Source: a virus. From it: a stretch of 16,667 bases of DNA. The notes beneath the pieces are model-generated. The model made no database searches, was not told where the DNA came from, and saw nothing but the letters and a program-made list of their open reading frames with translations. Every line of letters begins with the position of its first letter. Position 1 is the first letter of the stretch. The translations under genes were made by a program, and so were the position numbers. Below are positions 1 through 5,617 of this stretch, piece by piece. The stretch spans positions 1-16,667 of the IMG/VR virus record IMGVR_UViG_3300017978_000044. One strand, 5' to 3'.

Positions 1-55
1 CGCTCTATCTGTGTGATTGCTATGTTCTGATCCCAGAGTCCCCATACATGAGCCA
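1..55. repeat. Terminal 55-bp direct repeat, left copy; most likely a circular-assembly overlap
   Basis: cgctctatctgtgtgattgctatgttctgatcccagagtccccatacatgagcca occurs identically at 1..55 and 16613..16667. It lies inside the exonuclease reading frame, which reads through the junction without interruption. Confidence 0.9.
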
Positions 56-95
56 GGTTAGGCGAGGTCTCTAGGTCAAGGAATAGTATTTTCAT
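1..95 (-). CDS. PolB-exonuclease-like 3'-5' exonuclease, 5' end; the gene continues at the right edge of the window across the circular junction
   Basis: ATG at 95..93, 4 nt after the rusA stop. It translates MKILFLDLETSPNLAHVWGLWDQNIAI, with a DxE ExoI-type motif (DLET). The frame joins 15982..16667 exactly once the duplicated 55 bp is removed, giving 241 aa in total. Confidence 0.8.
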   Translation of the reverse strand, partial: MKILFLDLETSPNLAHVWGLWDQNIAITQIE

Positions 96-99
96 AATT

Positions 100-558
100 T
101 CAAACTAGGCCTCTGCGTTTGCGGTCTATTGGAGACACGCCCTCTGTTATCAAACTGTTATCAAAGGGAGTCAGGCTGATTAGAACGCCTGGTTCGTGTA
201 AGTCGTTGTAAAGCTTTCGGGCTGTTAGGTCAACAACAAAGCTGTCATCTTTGATTACGCCTGATTGCGTGAGGCTATCAAAAACTGCTCTGGTGAGTTT
301 GTCTAGATCATAAGTTTGCGTTGCGTATTGCCTGGTGACTGTCTTTGGTCTTCTCAGCCAAAAGGTCAATGACACCGATACAGCTACATCGAAGCGATTG
401 TCAAACTCCATCATTTTGAGTTCGAGCATTTTCTTCATGTGCTCTCGCCAAGCTGGAAGGTCTTTGTTGGCTTCAACTAGGACTATGTGAGCTCCTCTGT
501 TGAATGCCTTTTTAGATCCCTGCGGTCTTGGGTCACCGGCAATAAACAACTCGAACAT
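100..558 (-). CDS. rusA: RusA-family Holliday junction resolvase
   Basis: 152 aa. It starts MFELFIAGDPRPQGSKKAF and contains YDLDKLTRAVFDSLTQSGVIKDDSFVVDL, which matches the RusA pattern G.P.pkgr ... DlDNl.K...Dal...gv..DD..v. The ATG overlaps the ssb stop (TAATG). Confidence 0.85.
   Translation of the reverse strand: MFELFIAGDPRPQGSKKAFNRGAHIVLVEANKDLPAWREHMKKMLELKMMEFDNRFDVAVSVSLTFWLRRPKTVTRQYATQTYDLDKLTRAVFDSLTQSGVIKDDSFVVDLTARKLYNDLHEPGVLISLTPFDNSLITEGVSPIDRKRRGLV
122..165. repeat. Two-part dispersed repeat, copy A (cggtctat - 15 nt - tgttatcaaactgttat); also contains a perfect tandem 11-mer CTGTTATCAAA x2 at 144..165
   Basis: The 8-mer cggtctat (122..129) and the 17-mer tgttatcaaactgttat (145..161) both recur in the same order and at nearly the same spacing at 15944..15985. 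Copy A sits inside the rusA 3' end, 27-70 nt upstream of the exonuclease ATG. Confidence 0.85.
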
Positions 559-920
559 TAGAACGGATTGTTCTGTGGTATTCCTGGAGCTGGAGCCATG
601 ATGTTGATGACATCCTCAATTGGGGTAGAGGACTTAGGCTCTGCAGCCTTGGTTAGCTTGACAAGACAGTTGTTGAGAGAGTGCTCAACTACCTGCTTGG
701 TTTCTTGTCCTGGCTTGTTGTAAGTTCCAACCTTGGTTCCAAGTGATCCCTCGATTGAGACTTCATCATCCTTCTGGATGTTTGTTCCGTTATCTAGCCA
801 CGCAGTCCATAGACGATTGCGTTGTTCGCCTTTGAAGTCATAGCTCTCCCAGACCTTGAGTCTTGGATAGCCTTCGTTTACTACCTCAGCTACTTTTCCA
901 TAGATTACTACTGTTGCCAT
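558..920 (-). CDS. ssb: Single-stranded DNA-binding protein (short OB-fold SSB)
   Basis: 120 aa. It shows an OB-like pattern (VVIYGKV ... LKVWES ... RLWTAW ... DDEVSIEGSLGTKV ... KQVVEHSL). A low-complexity tail ends in IPQNNPF, resembling the SSB C-terminal tip (..DIPF). A GAAAGGA Shine-Dalgarno (SD) ribosome-binding sequence lies upstream. The gene sits in the replication/recombination module. Confidence 0.7.
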   Translation of the reverse strand: MATVVIYGKVAEVVNEGYPRLKVWESYDFKGEQRNRLWTAWLDNGTNIQKDDEVSIEGSLGTKVGTYNKPGQETKQVVEHSLNNCLVKLTKAAEPKSSTPIEDVINIMAPAPGIPQNNPF

Positions 921-980
921 TTCTGTGTTTTTCCTTTCTAGTGTTCTTTTAAGTTTAAGTTAATTATTAGTTAACTTTAA
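921..980. promoter_or_regulatory. AT-rich tract next to the iteron array (candidate DNA-unwinding element)
   Basis: 13 of 60 bases are G+C by hand count. The tract covers the wHTH-ssb intergenic spacer and the last codons of the wHTH ORF, and contains a weak AT-only hairpin aagttaa/ttaactt at 957..977. Confidence 0.35.
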
Positions 981-1385
981 CGCGACATCTGCGCCGTCCC
1001 GTAGCGTCGTGGGTGACGCCCCGATAAGTCTTAAACGCCGTCCCGTTTTGCCTTTCCTGACGCCCCGTAGATTGTGACTCAAAGTGCCGTCACAACCCTC
1101 TGGACAGTCTAGGGTAATCCAATACCGATTTGTGATTCTGTCGAACCGGTATCCGATTCCGTCATGTTGCGACATTTCAATTTCCTTTAGCTCGACCAGT
1201 TTTTGGAGATTGCGTTGAACTTGTCTAACGGAGCACCCGGCTAATTTAGCCAGGCGAGTTTGTGATGGATAGCAGCCTTCTTCAGGATCATCTCCTAAAT
1301 GCCATGCCAGAGCCGTCATAAGGGCTCGGGCTGTGCCGGTGCTATTAGAGTGATGCAAGACGGCTGAAAGGGCTTCTAGGCTCAT
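960..1385 (-). CDS. Winged helix-turn-helix DNA-binding protein (HTH_36-like); possible replication initiator or regulator
   Basis: MSLEALSAVLHHSNSTGTARALMTALAWHLGDDPEEGCYPSQTRLAKLAGCSVRQVQRNLQKLVELKEIE matches the pattern l..la.h.n....cyPs...LA...g.s.r.vqr.l..L. I prefer the start at ATG 1385, which is preceded by AGGAAGG 6 nt upstream. The TTG at 1454 given in the ORF track lacks an SD and overlaps the upstream hairpin and T-run. Confidence 0.7.
   Translation of the reverse strand: MSLEALSAVLHHSNSTGTARALMTALAWHLGDDPEEGCYPSQTRLAKLAGCSVRQVQRNLQKLVELKEIEMSQHDGIGYRFDRITNRYWITLDCPEGCDGTLSHNLRGVRKGKTGRRLRLIGASPTTLRDGADVALKLTNN
992..1067. repeat. Array of four phased C-rich iterons (22-bp spacing, 44-bp super-repeat)
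   Basis: cgccgtcccgt occurs at 992..1002 and 1036..1046. tgacgccccg occurs at 1014..1023 and 1058..1067. The CCCG cores start at 998, 1020, 1042 and 1064. The copies fall in different codon phases of the overlying ORF. Confidence 0.85.
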
Positions 1386-1474
1386 TCTGTGCCTTCCTAG
1401 GCTATACTGGTGATTGCCCATCGTGGTTGGGTGAGGTTCAGGTCTAAACATCAAAAAAGTTTAGGCTTACCCTC

Positions 1475-1504
1475 GGGCTGTGACTTTTCTGTGGGTCACA
1501 GCCC
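1475..1504 (-). terminator. Strong hairpin 7 nt after the annealing-protein gene stop; probable intrinsic terminator or transcript-end structure
   Basis: Perfect 10-bp stem GGGCTGTGAC / GTCACAGCCC (1475..1484 and 1495..1504) with a 10-nt loop. On the minus strand a TTTTTT run (1458..1453) follows after 16 nt, so the U-tract is not canonical. It lies in one of only three intergenic gaps longer than 90 nt. Confidence 0.5.
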
Positions 1505-1511
1505 TTTCACT

Positions 1512-1997
1512 TTACTTGGCCTTTAGAGACTCAGCTAGTTTTTTGATTGATTCAAGGATTTCGTTATCAACTTGTGATGTTTCCGCTGATGCGTAGATCA
1601 CCCGGAGAGTCTCGAGGTCTTTGTTAGCTGCAGCGGTTGAAGCTTCCTCTAGGAAGTTGCGCTGAGCTGATACAACCTTTAGCATCTCTTCACGACTTGG
1701 GCGCTTTCCGCCCTTTGAGCTGATTCCGACTGTGTTTAGGACTCTACCAATTGCGCTGGTGGATGCGTTCTCGAGGAAGTTGTTCTTGTTAATGTGGGAG
1801 CTATTGCGAGTCTCCTGGGCGAAGTCCACAGCCGTTGGCCGGGCGTCATCCTTGTCGGTAAATGCTAGAGCTTTTACAACAACTTCGGTTTCGTTGATCA
1901 GCACGATTTCGGTGTGAAGCCTGCCGTTGGGATACTTAGTCCAGAACTTTGTAATTCTGTCTGATACTGGTTCATAGCTTGATAGATCGAATGCCAT
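1512..1997 (-). CDS. Candidate single-strand annealing protein (Rad52/Sak-like); family uncertain
   Basis: 161 aa, immediately downstream of the YqaJ-type exonuclease, which is the usual exo plus SSAP pairing. It carries N-terminal YEPVSDRITKFWTKYPNGRLHTEIV and the motif ENASTSAIGRVLNTVGI, which from memory resembles the conserved E.a.TsA.gRAl...Gi segment of small phage annealing proteins. A strong AGGAGGA SD sits 7 nt upstream. Confidence 0.5.
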   Translation of the reverse strand: MAFDLSSYEPVSDRITKFWTKYPNGRLHTEIVLINETEVVVKALAFTDKDDARPTAVDFAQETRNSSHINKNNFLENASTSAIGRVLNTVGISSKGGKRPSREEMLKVVSAQRNFLEEASTAAANKDLETLRVIYASAETSQVDNEILESIKKLAESLKAK

Positions 1998-2009
1998 CTG
2001 TGTTTCCTC

Positions 2010-2873
2010 CTATTTGAATGTGATAAAGGGTTTGCCATTTCGGGCTTGAAGTGCTATTACCTTTTCGCCCTGGTAGAGACCGTATTTGATTCCGTTCATG
2101 AATGCAAGCACCGCTGACTTTTGTGCCTGGAGCGCGTTGGCCCAGTAGTCAGCTTGAGCCTTGGTCGAGGTCAAGTTAGACCACAGAGATCCAAGCTCGA
2201 TTTCGCCTTCTTCTAAGCCTTCGGACAATTCCCTAACTGCCTCATAGGTTGAATCGCTGCCGTCATAGTCTGGAGCCTTGTTTGATGTTACAAAGCCGTA
2301 GAACGCCCGTACAGCGGTTTTCATGTCTTTCTGTAGGGAATCATCCCAAACGACCTCAAACTCCTTCCATTCGCCTCCTGCGACCGCTACGACTATACCG
2401 CGCTCTAGACCTAGAACTTGAAGGTAATGTTGAACTTGAAGGTTATAGTGCTCCGGTAGCTCGTCCCAATACTGCCTGGTGAACTTGATTTCAAGGACTC
2501 CAAGCTTGCCGTCAGCCCATTCGATGATGCCATCGGGATTGGCTTTTAGGATTGGATTAGCAACGCTTTGCCAGGTGCCTGTCTCGTGGACAGTTAGCCA
2601 GCCTTCGTTTTGTTCTTTGAATAGCTCTCTGATTGGAGCTTCAAAAGCTGTGCCTAACTTCATCGGCATCGAGGGCTCAACCTCATCGATTAGTTGTCCG
2701 GTCTTCTCGGCCCATAGGCGATAGGCAGACTTCCAAGGGTTTTTATTCATTACTGAACCAATGTCTGAACCGCCAATGCCCTCACGAGCTGCGTGCCATT
2801 CATCGGAGTTAGGCTCAAAAGTGCCTAGATACTTACCGAAGCCTAAAGCTTCAATCTTCTGTGTGATTGTCAT
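2010..2873 (-). CDS. YqaJ / lambda-exonuclease-like recombination exonuclease (PD-(D/E)XK)
   Basis: 287 aa. Motifs: EWHAAREGIGGSDIGSVM, SAYRLWAEKTG, LGTAFEAPIRELF, NPDGII ... GVLEIKFT and YNLQVQHYLQV. This is the typical YqaJ viral recombinase domain layout. Confidence 0.85.
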   Translation of the reverse strand: MTITQKIEALGFGKYLGTFEPNSDEWHAAREGIGGSDIGSVMNKNPWKSAYRLWAEKTGQLIDEVEPSMPMKLGTAFEAPIRELFKEQNEGWLTVHETGTWQSVANPILKANPDGIIEWADGKLGVLEIKFTRQYWDELPEHYNLQVQHYLQVLGLERGIVVAVAGGEWKEFEVVWDDSLQKDMKTAVRAFYGFVTSNKAPDYDGSDSTYEAVRELSEGLEEGEIELGSLWSNLTSTKAQADYWANALQAQKSAVLAFMNGIKYGLYQGEKVIALQARNGKPFITFK

Positions 2874-2901
2874 GTTGCGATTCTAGTGAACCGCCCTGAC
2901 A

Positions 2902-3156
2902 TTACTTCTCTGGCTTGAGTGCGTCCTCGACCTTTGCACCGATGCCGTATTCGTCCTGGTTCGGATCTAAAGCTTTGATAAGTGGGCCAAGCAATCCTGC
3001 AAGCAAAGCTGAGACAGTTATCTGACTTGGGTCCTCGATGCCAGCAAGAACCATAGCTCCAACCGAAGCAAGTGCAGCTCTTAGGTAAGAACCAAGTGCA
3101 GACTTTAGTTGCTTGATTGTCTGCTCGTTCTTTAGCTTCTCGATGATCTTCTTCAC
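2902..3156 (-). CDS. Holin-like membrane protein (2 TM, charged C-terminus; r1t-holin-like pattern)
   Basis: 84 aa. The GTG start at 3156 is preceded by AGGAGA 6 nt upstream and overlaps the endolysin stop (GTGA). Hydrophobic segments are ALGSYLRAALASVGAMVLAGI and ITVSALLAGLLGPLIKAL, followed by an acidic/basic tail. Confidence 0.6.
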   Translation of the reverse strand: MKKIIEKLKNEQTIKQLKSALGSYLRAALASVGAMVLAGIEDPSQITVSALLAGLLGPLIKALDPNQDEYGIGAKVEDALKPEK

Positions 3157-3623
3157 TTGGTTCTCCTAGTTTTGATGTAGCTAATTGGCTCTTCGTATCT
3201 TGCACCGGTCAGGCTCCAGATGTAGTTCCTGCCGTTCTGAATCTCGAAGTGTAAGTGAGGCCCAGTAGAAGCTCCGGTGTTTCCGCTCCTGGCGATTAGT
3301 TGGCCTTCTTTGACCTTGTCACCTTTGGCTACTTTGAGAGAGCCTTCTTTTAGGTGCATATAAGACGAGGTAATAAACTTACCCTCAATCTTGTGCCTAA
3401 TCTTAATAATGTATCCTCCACCGCCGACACTTCCATTAGGTCCTTTGATGCTAGATGGGCCTGAAGAGATTACCCGGCCGTCAGCTACTGCGAATACATC
3501 GGTTCCAACAGGTGTTGCAAAGTCTACGCCGTTATGGTGTTTGCGAATCTTCTCAATGGGATGCATCCTCCAACCAAAGCCATAGGTAATCTTTGGAATG
3601 GGCTTATTGAACGGAAGTCTCAT
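3153..3623 (-). CDS. Peptidase M23 (lysostaphin-like) endolysin, catalytic domain only
   Basis: 156 aa. It carries the M23 signature HNGVDFATPVGTDVFAVADGRV ... SSYMHL ... GQLIARSGNTGASTGPHLHFE (HxxxD and HxH zinc ligands). No recognisable cell-wall-binding domain. Confidence 0.9.
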   Translation of the reverse strand: MRLPFNKPIPKITYGFGWRMHPIEKIRKHHNGVDFATPVGTDVFAVADGRVISSGPSSIKGPNGSVGGGGYIIKIRHKIEGKFITSSYMHLKEGSLKVAKGDKVKEGQLIARSGNTGASTGPHLHFEIQNGRNYIWSLTGARYEEPISYIKTRRTK

Positions 3624-3865
3624 TTCAATACCAAACTTAGAACTGCAGAGATAAGAGCTACGAGTCCTGCGCTTAGACCGGTGTAGGCGATTCTCTCGAT
3701 CCAGGCTAATCGCGCTAGAGTCAATTCAACTTCCCTAAGTCGGTCTGGAACTGTCTCTAAGTGATCTAGCTTCTGGAGAATCTTGATTAGGGTTTCACCA
3801 TGCTCAAGCTGCTTTGCGTAGATAGCGTTCTGGGTAATGCGAACGCCTTGTGTTTCATCGGCCAT
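3620..3865 (-). CDS. Small tail-anchored membrane protein of the lysis cassette (holin/antiholin or lysis accessory candidate)
   Basis: 81 aa. A hydrophilic, helix-prone N-terminal region of about 57 aa is followed by a single C-terminal TM (IAYTGLSAGLVALISAVLSLVL). It has an ATGA overlap with the endolysin gene. Confidence 0.45.
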   Translation of the reverse strand: MADETQGVRITQNAIYAKQLEHGETLIKILQKLDHLETVPDRLREVELTLARLAWIERIAYTGLSAGLVALISAVLSLVLK

Positions 3866-4155
3866 TACTCTTTTACGCTAACTCCAATTGTGCCATCAGC
3901 CATAACTTCTGCATCCGGGTTGACAGTCTGAGCAAGGGCCAAAGCTTCTGCCTGGCTAATGATTTGAAAGTCCCAATCAGTAAGCTCTTCAAGGTCTGGC
4001 TCTGCGCTTAGGTATCCAAGAATCTTGCCGTCTTCGGTTATGGATCCAATTGCCCAAGCTCCAGAGACCTCGATGCCCTGACTAACAATTATCTCTTCTG
4101 GGCCAGTCCCGTATTCAGGGTCTAGGAAGTTTAGCTTCCAGGTTGCATACTTCAC
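3865..4155 (-). CDS. Hypothetical acidic protein
   Basis: 96 aa. The GTG start is preceded by AAGGAGA 5 nt upstream and has a GTGA overlap with the upstream gene. No motif recognised. Confidence 0.6.
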   Translation of the reverse strand: MKYATWKLNFLDPEYGTGPEEIIVSQGIEVSGAWAIGSITEDGKILGYLSAEPDLEELTDWDFQIISQAEALALAQTVNPDAEVMADGTIGVSVKE

Positions 4156-4676
4156 GCAATCTCCTTTTTGTAAGTTGCTACTTCTTCCACAAAAGCATCT
4201 AGGACTCCAGCTTGCTCCATAGCCTCGATGTGAGCTCCGTTGATAGACTGACCTGACATAAGCATGGCCTTAGCTGTATTGCTGAGCCTTGCCTTCCAAT
4301 ACTCAGGCTGAGCTGCTTCGATTTCAGCTCGGGTGTATTTACGCTCAAAGCCGTCATAGATTTCCATTAGGTGAGCAAGCTCTCTCCTGGCTCCAACTAC
4401 TGCATAAGAAGTTTGCTTTAGACCGAGCTCAATCTCCTGGGCCTTTAGCTCATCAATCTCGTCACCGGTTGCCCTGAGCTTTTTGATTTTAGCTAATGAC
4501 TTCTTCTCTGCAATTTCAGCTAGCCGAAACTTGTAGATCATGTCCTGAAGTTCAATAACAGTTTGGTAATACTGCATCTCTGGAGTTGCGTGTTGACCCA
4601 GAACAAAGCGTTCAATCTGAAACTTAGATCTAGGTTGTTGCACCTCAGCTATTGCAGACTCAATTTCGTCAAACAT
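4152..4676 (-). CDS. Hypothetical all-helical protein
   Basis: 174 aa from ATG 4676 (MFDEIES...), which overlaps the stop of the propeller gene (TAATG). The start at 4700 in the ORF track is a TTG lying 25 nt inside the upstream gene. Predicted helical/coiled (LAEIAEKKSLAKIKKLRATGDEIDELKAQEIELGL). No family recognised. Confidence 0.6.
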   Translation of the reverse strand: MFDEIESAIAEVQQPRSKFQIERFVLGQHATPEMQYYQTVIELQDMIYKFRLAEIAEKKSLAKIKKLRATGDEIDELKAQEIELGLKQTSYAVVGARRELAHLMEIYDGFERKYTRAEIEAAQPEYWKARLSNTAKAMLMSGQSINGAHIEAMEQAGVLDAFVEEVATYKKEIA

Positions 4677-5617
4677 TACAGGCTTGCCTCGTTTGCACAA
4701 GCACCATGTGATCCGCGAATAATGGTCAATTTGTTACCTAAAGCAGTTCTTGTGTCCGAGGGGAAAGCAAACTTATCTATGGTGCGAGTTTGTGAACCCA
4801 AAACTACTCCTCCAGATCTATAGCCAGCCACATCTTTATTTGCTGCTCCAGCGGTCTGGTCAGTAGCGGAAGTTAGGCCAGTTGCAAGAGTGCTTCTGGT
4901 GTCGCTGGGAAAAGCAAACTTGTCAACAACAGTCTGTTCTGTTCCTGTAGTTACCTGTCGACCACCGAAGAAGTATCCAGCAGTTCCAGAATTGGAAAAT
5001 GCACCAAGAAGGAATCTTGCAACGGATAGACCGGTTGCTAAAGTTGTTCTTGTGTCTCCAGGGAATGCGTATTTGTCTACTGTTCCAACTTGTGTTGTAG
5101 TAAAACCTCCACCAAAATAACCGGCAACAGTTTTGTTTGCCATTCCTGCGCCCCTCTCTCTAGCGCTAGAAATTCCAGTTGCAAGTGTGGTCCTAGTGTC
5201 TCCGGGGAAAGCGAACTTGTTTACTGTTGAGACTAACGAACCGGTATCGCCTAATGCAACATAACCAGCAGTTCCAGAATCGGCCATTGACTGATTGTTT
5301 ACTGATGCAGTCGAAAGCCCAGTTCCAAGTGTGGTTCTAACATCATTAGCAAGGTTAAACTTATCAACTGCTGTGGTCCTGGTTGCACCTCCTCCTACTG
5401 TAATTCCTCCAGCAAAATAACCAGCGGTGCCAGAATTAGCAAAAGCGCTCAAACCCTGAACAGCGTTGCTTAGGCCTATTGCCAAAAGAGAAGCAGATTC
5501 GCTTTCAAAACCAAACTTGTCTACTGTTGCTTGATTTCCTGCAGTAGCTCCACCGCCGAAATAAGCAAAATACCGGTCACGCCCGACACCTGCCAGGATT
5601 CCTAATGGAACTAGCAC
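4676..5617 (-). CDS. Six-repeat Kelch-like beta-propeller protein; putative receptor-binding or tail-tip protein
   Basis: 313 aa with six units of 48-52 aa. The anchors (V/I)(D/N)K(F/Y) fall at aa 32, 84, 132, 180, 231 and 280. Each unit reads like TAGYFxGG ... VDKFAFPxDTRTTLATGLSxA. The GTG start overlaps the fibre gene's TAG by 1 nt. It sits in the tail-fibre position. Confidence 0.6.
   Translation of the reverse strand: MLVPLGILAGVGRDRYFAYFGGGATAGNQATVDKFGFESESASLLAIGLSNAVQGLSAFANSGTAGYFAGGITVGGGATRTTAVDKFNLANDVRTTLGTGLSTASVNNQSMADSGTAGYVALGDTGSLVSTVNKFAFPGDTRTTLATGISSARERGAGMANKTVAGYFGGGFTTTQVGTVDKYAFPGDTRTTLATGLSVARFLLGAFSNSGTAGYFFGGRQVTTGTEQTVVDKFAFPSDTRSTLATGLTSATDQTAGAANKDVAGYRSGGVVLGSQTRTIDKFAFPSDTRTALGNKLTIIRGSHGACANEASL

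Noticed and set aside
1-55. The 55-bp terminal repeat read as a biological direct terminal repeat (packaging ends).
   Set aside because: It lies in the middle of the exonuclease coding sequence. Its length matches a k-mer size commonly used by de Bruijn assemblers. The HNH-gap-terminase layout points to a cos site elsewhere.
957-977. Hairpin aagttaa/ttaactt over the wHTH stop codon, read as a terminator.
   Set aside because: It is a 7-bp stem made only of A:T pairs with no following U-tract, so it is too weak. It is better treated as part of the AT-rich tract.
1386-1454. N-terminal extension of the wHTH ORF to the TTG at 1454 (or the ATGs at 1451 and 1421).
   Set aside because: None of these has an SD, and the extension would overlap the T-run after the hairpin. 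ATG 1385 has AGGAAGG at ideal spacing, and the HTH-family similarity begins there.
1563-1578. Possible third, degenerate copy of the 17-mer repeat (gttatcaacttgtgat) inside the annealing-protein gene.
   Set aside because: It needs an indel and mismatches to align, and it lacks the partner cggtctat at the matching distance. I cannot distinguish it from chance by eye.
2870-3205. 111-aa minus-strand ORF covering the holin region, ending in an ATGA overlap with the exonuclease gene.
   Set aside because: It is an alternative frame of the well-supported 84-aa holin, which has a strong SD, a GTGA coupling and clear TM segments. Its product is Cys/Arg/Ser-rich, low-complexity sequence, and it starts inside the endolysin gene without an SD.
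4677-4700. Start of the 182-aa ORF at 4700.
   Set aside because: The start codon is TTG and sits 25 nt inside the upstream gene. ATG 4676 gives the TAATG coupling seen throughout the genome.
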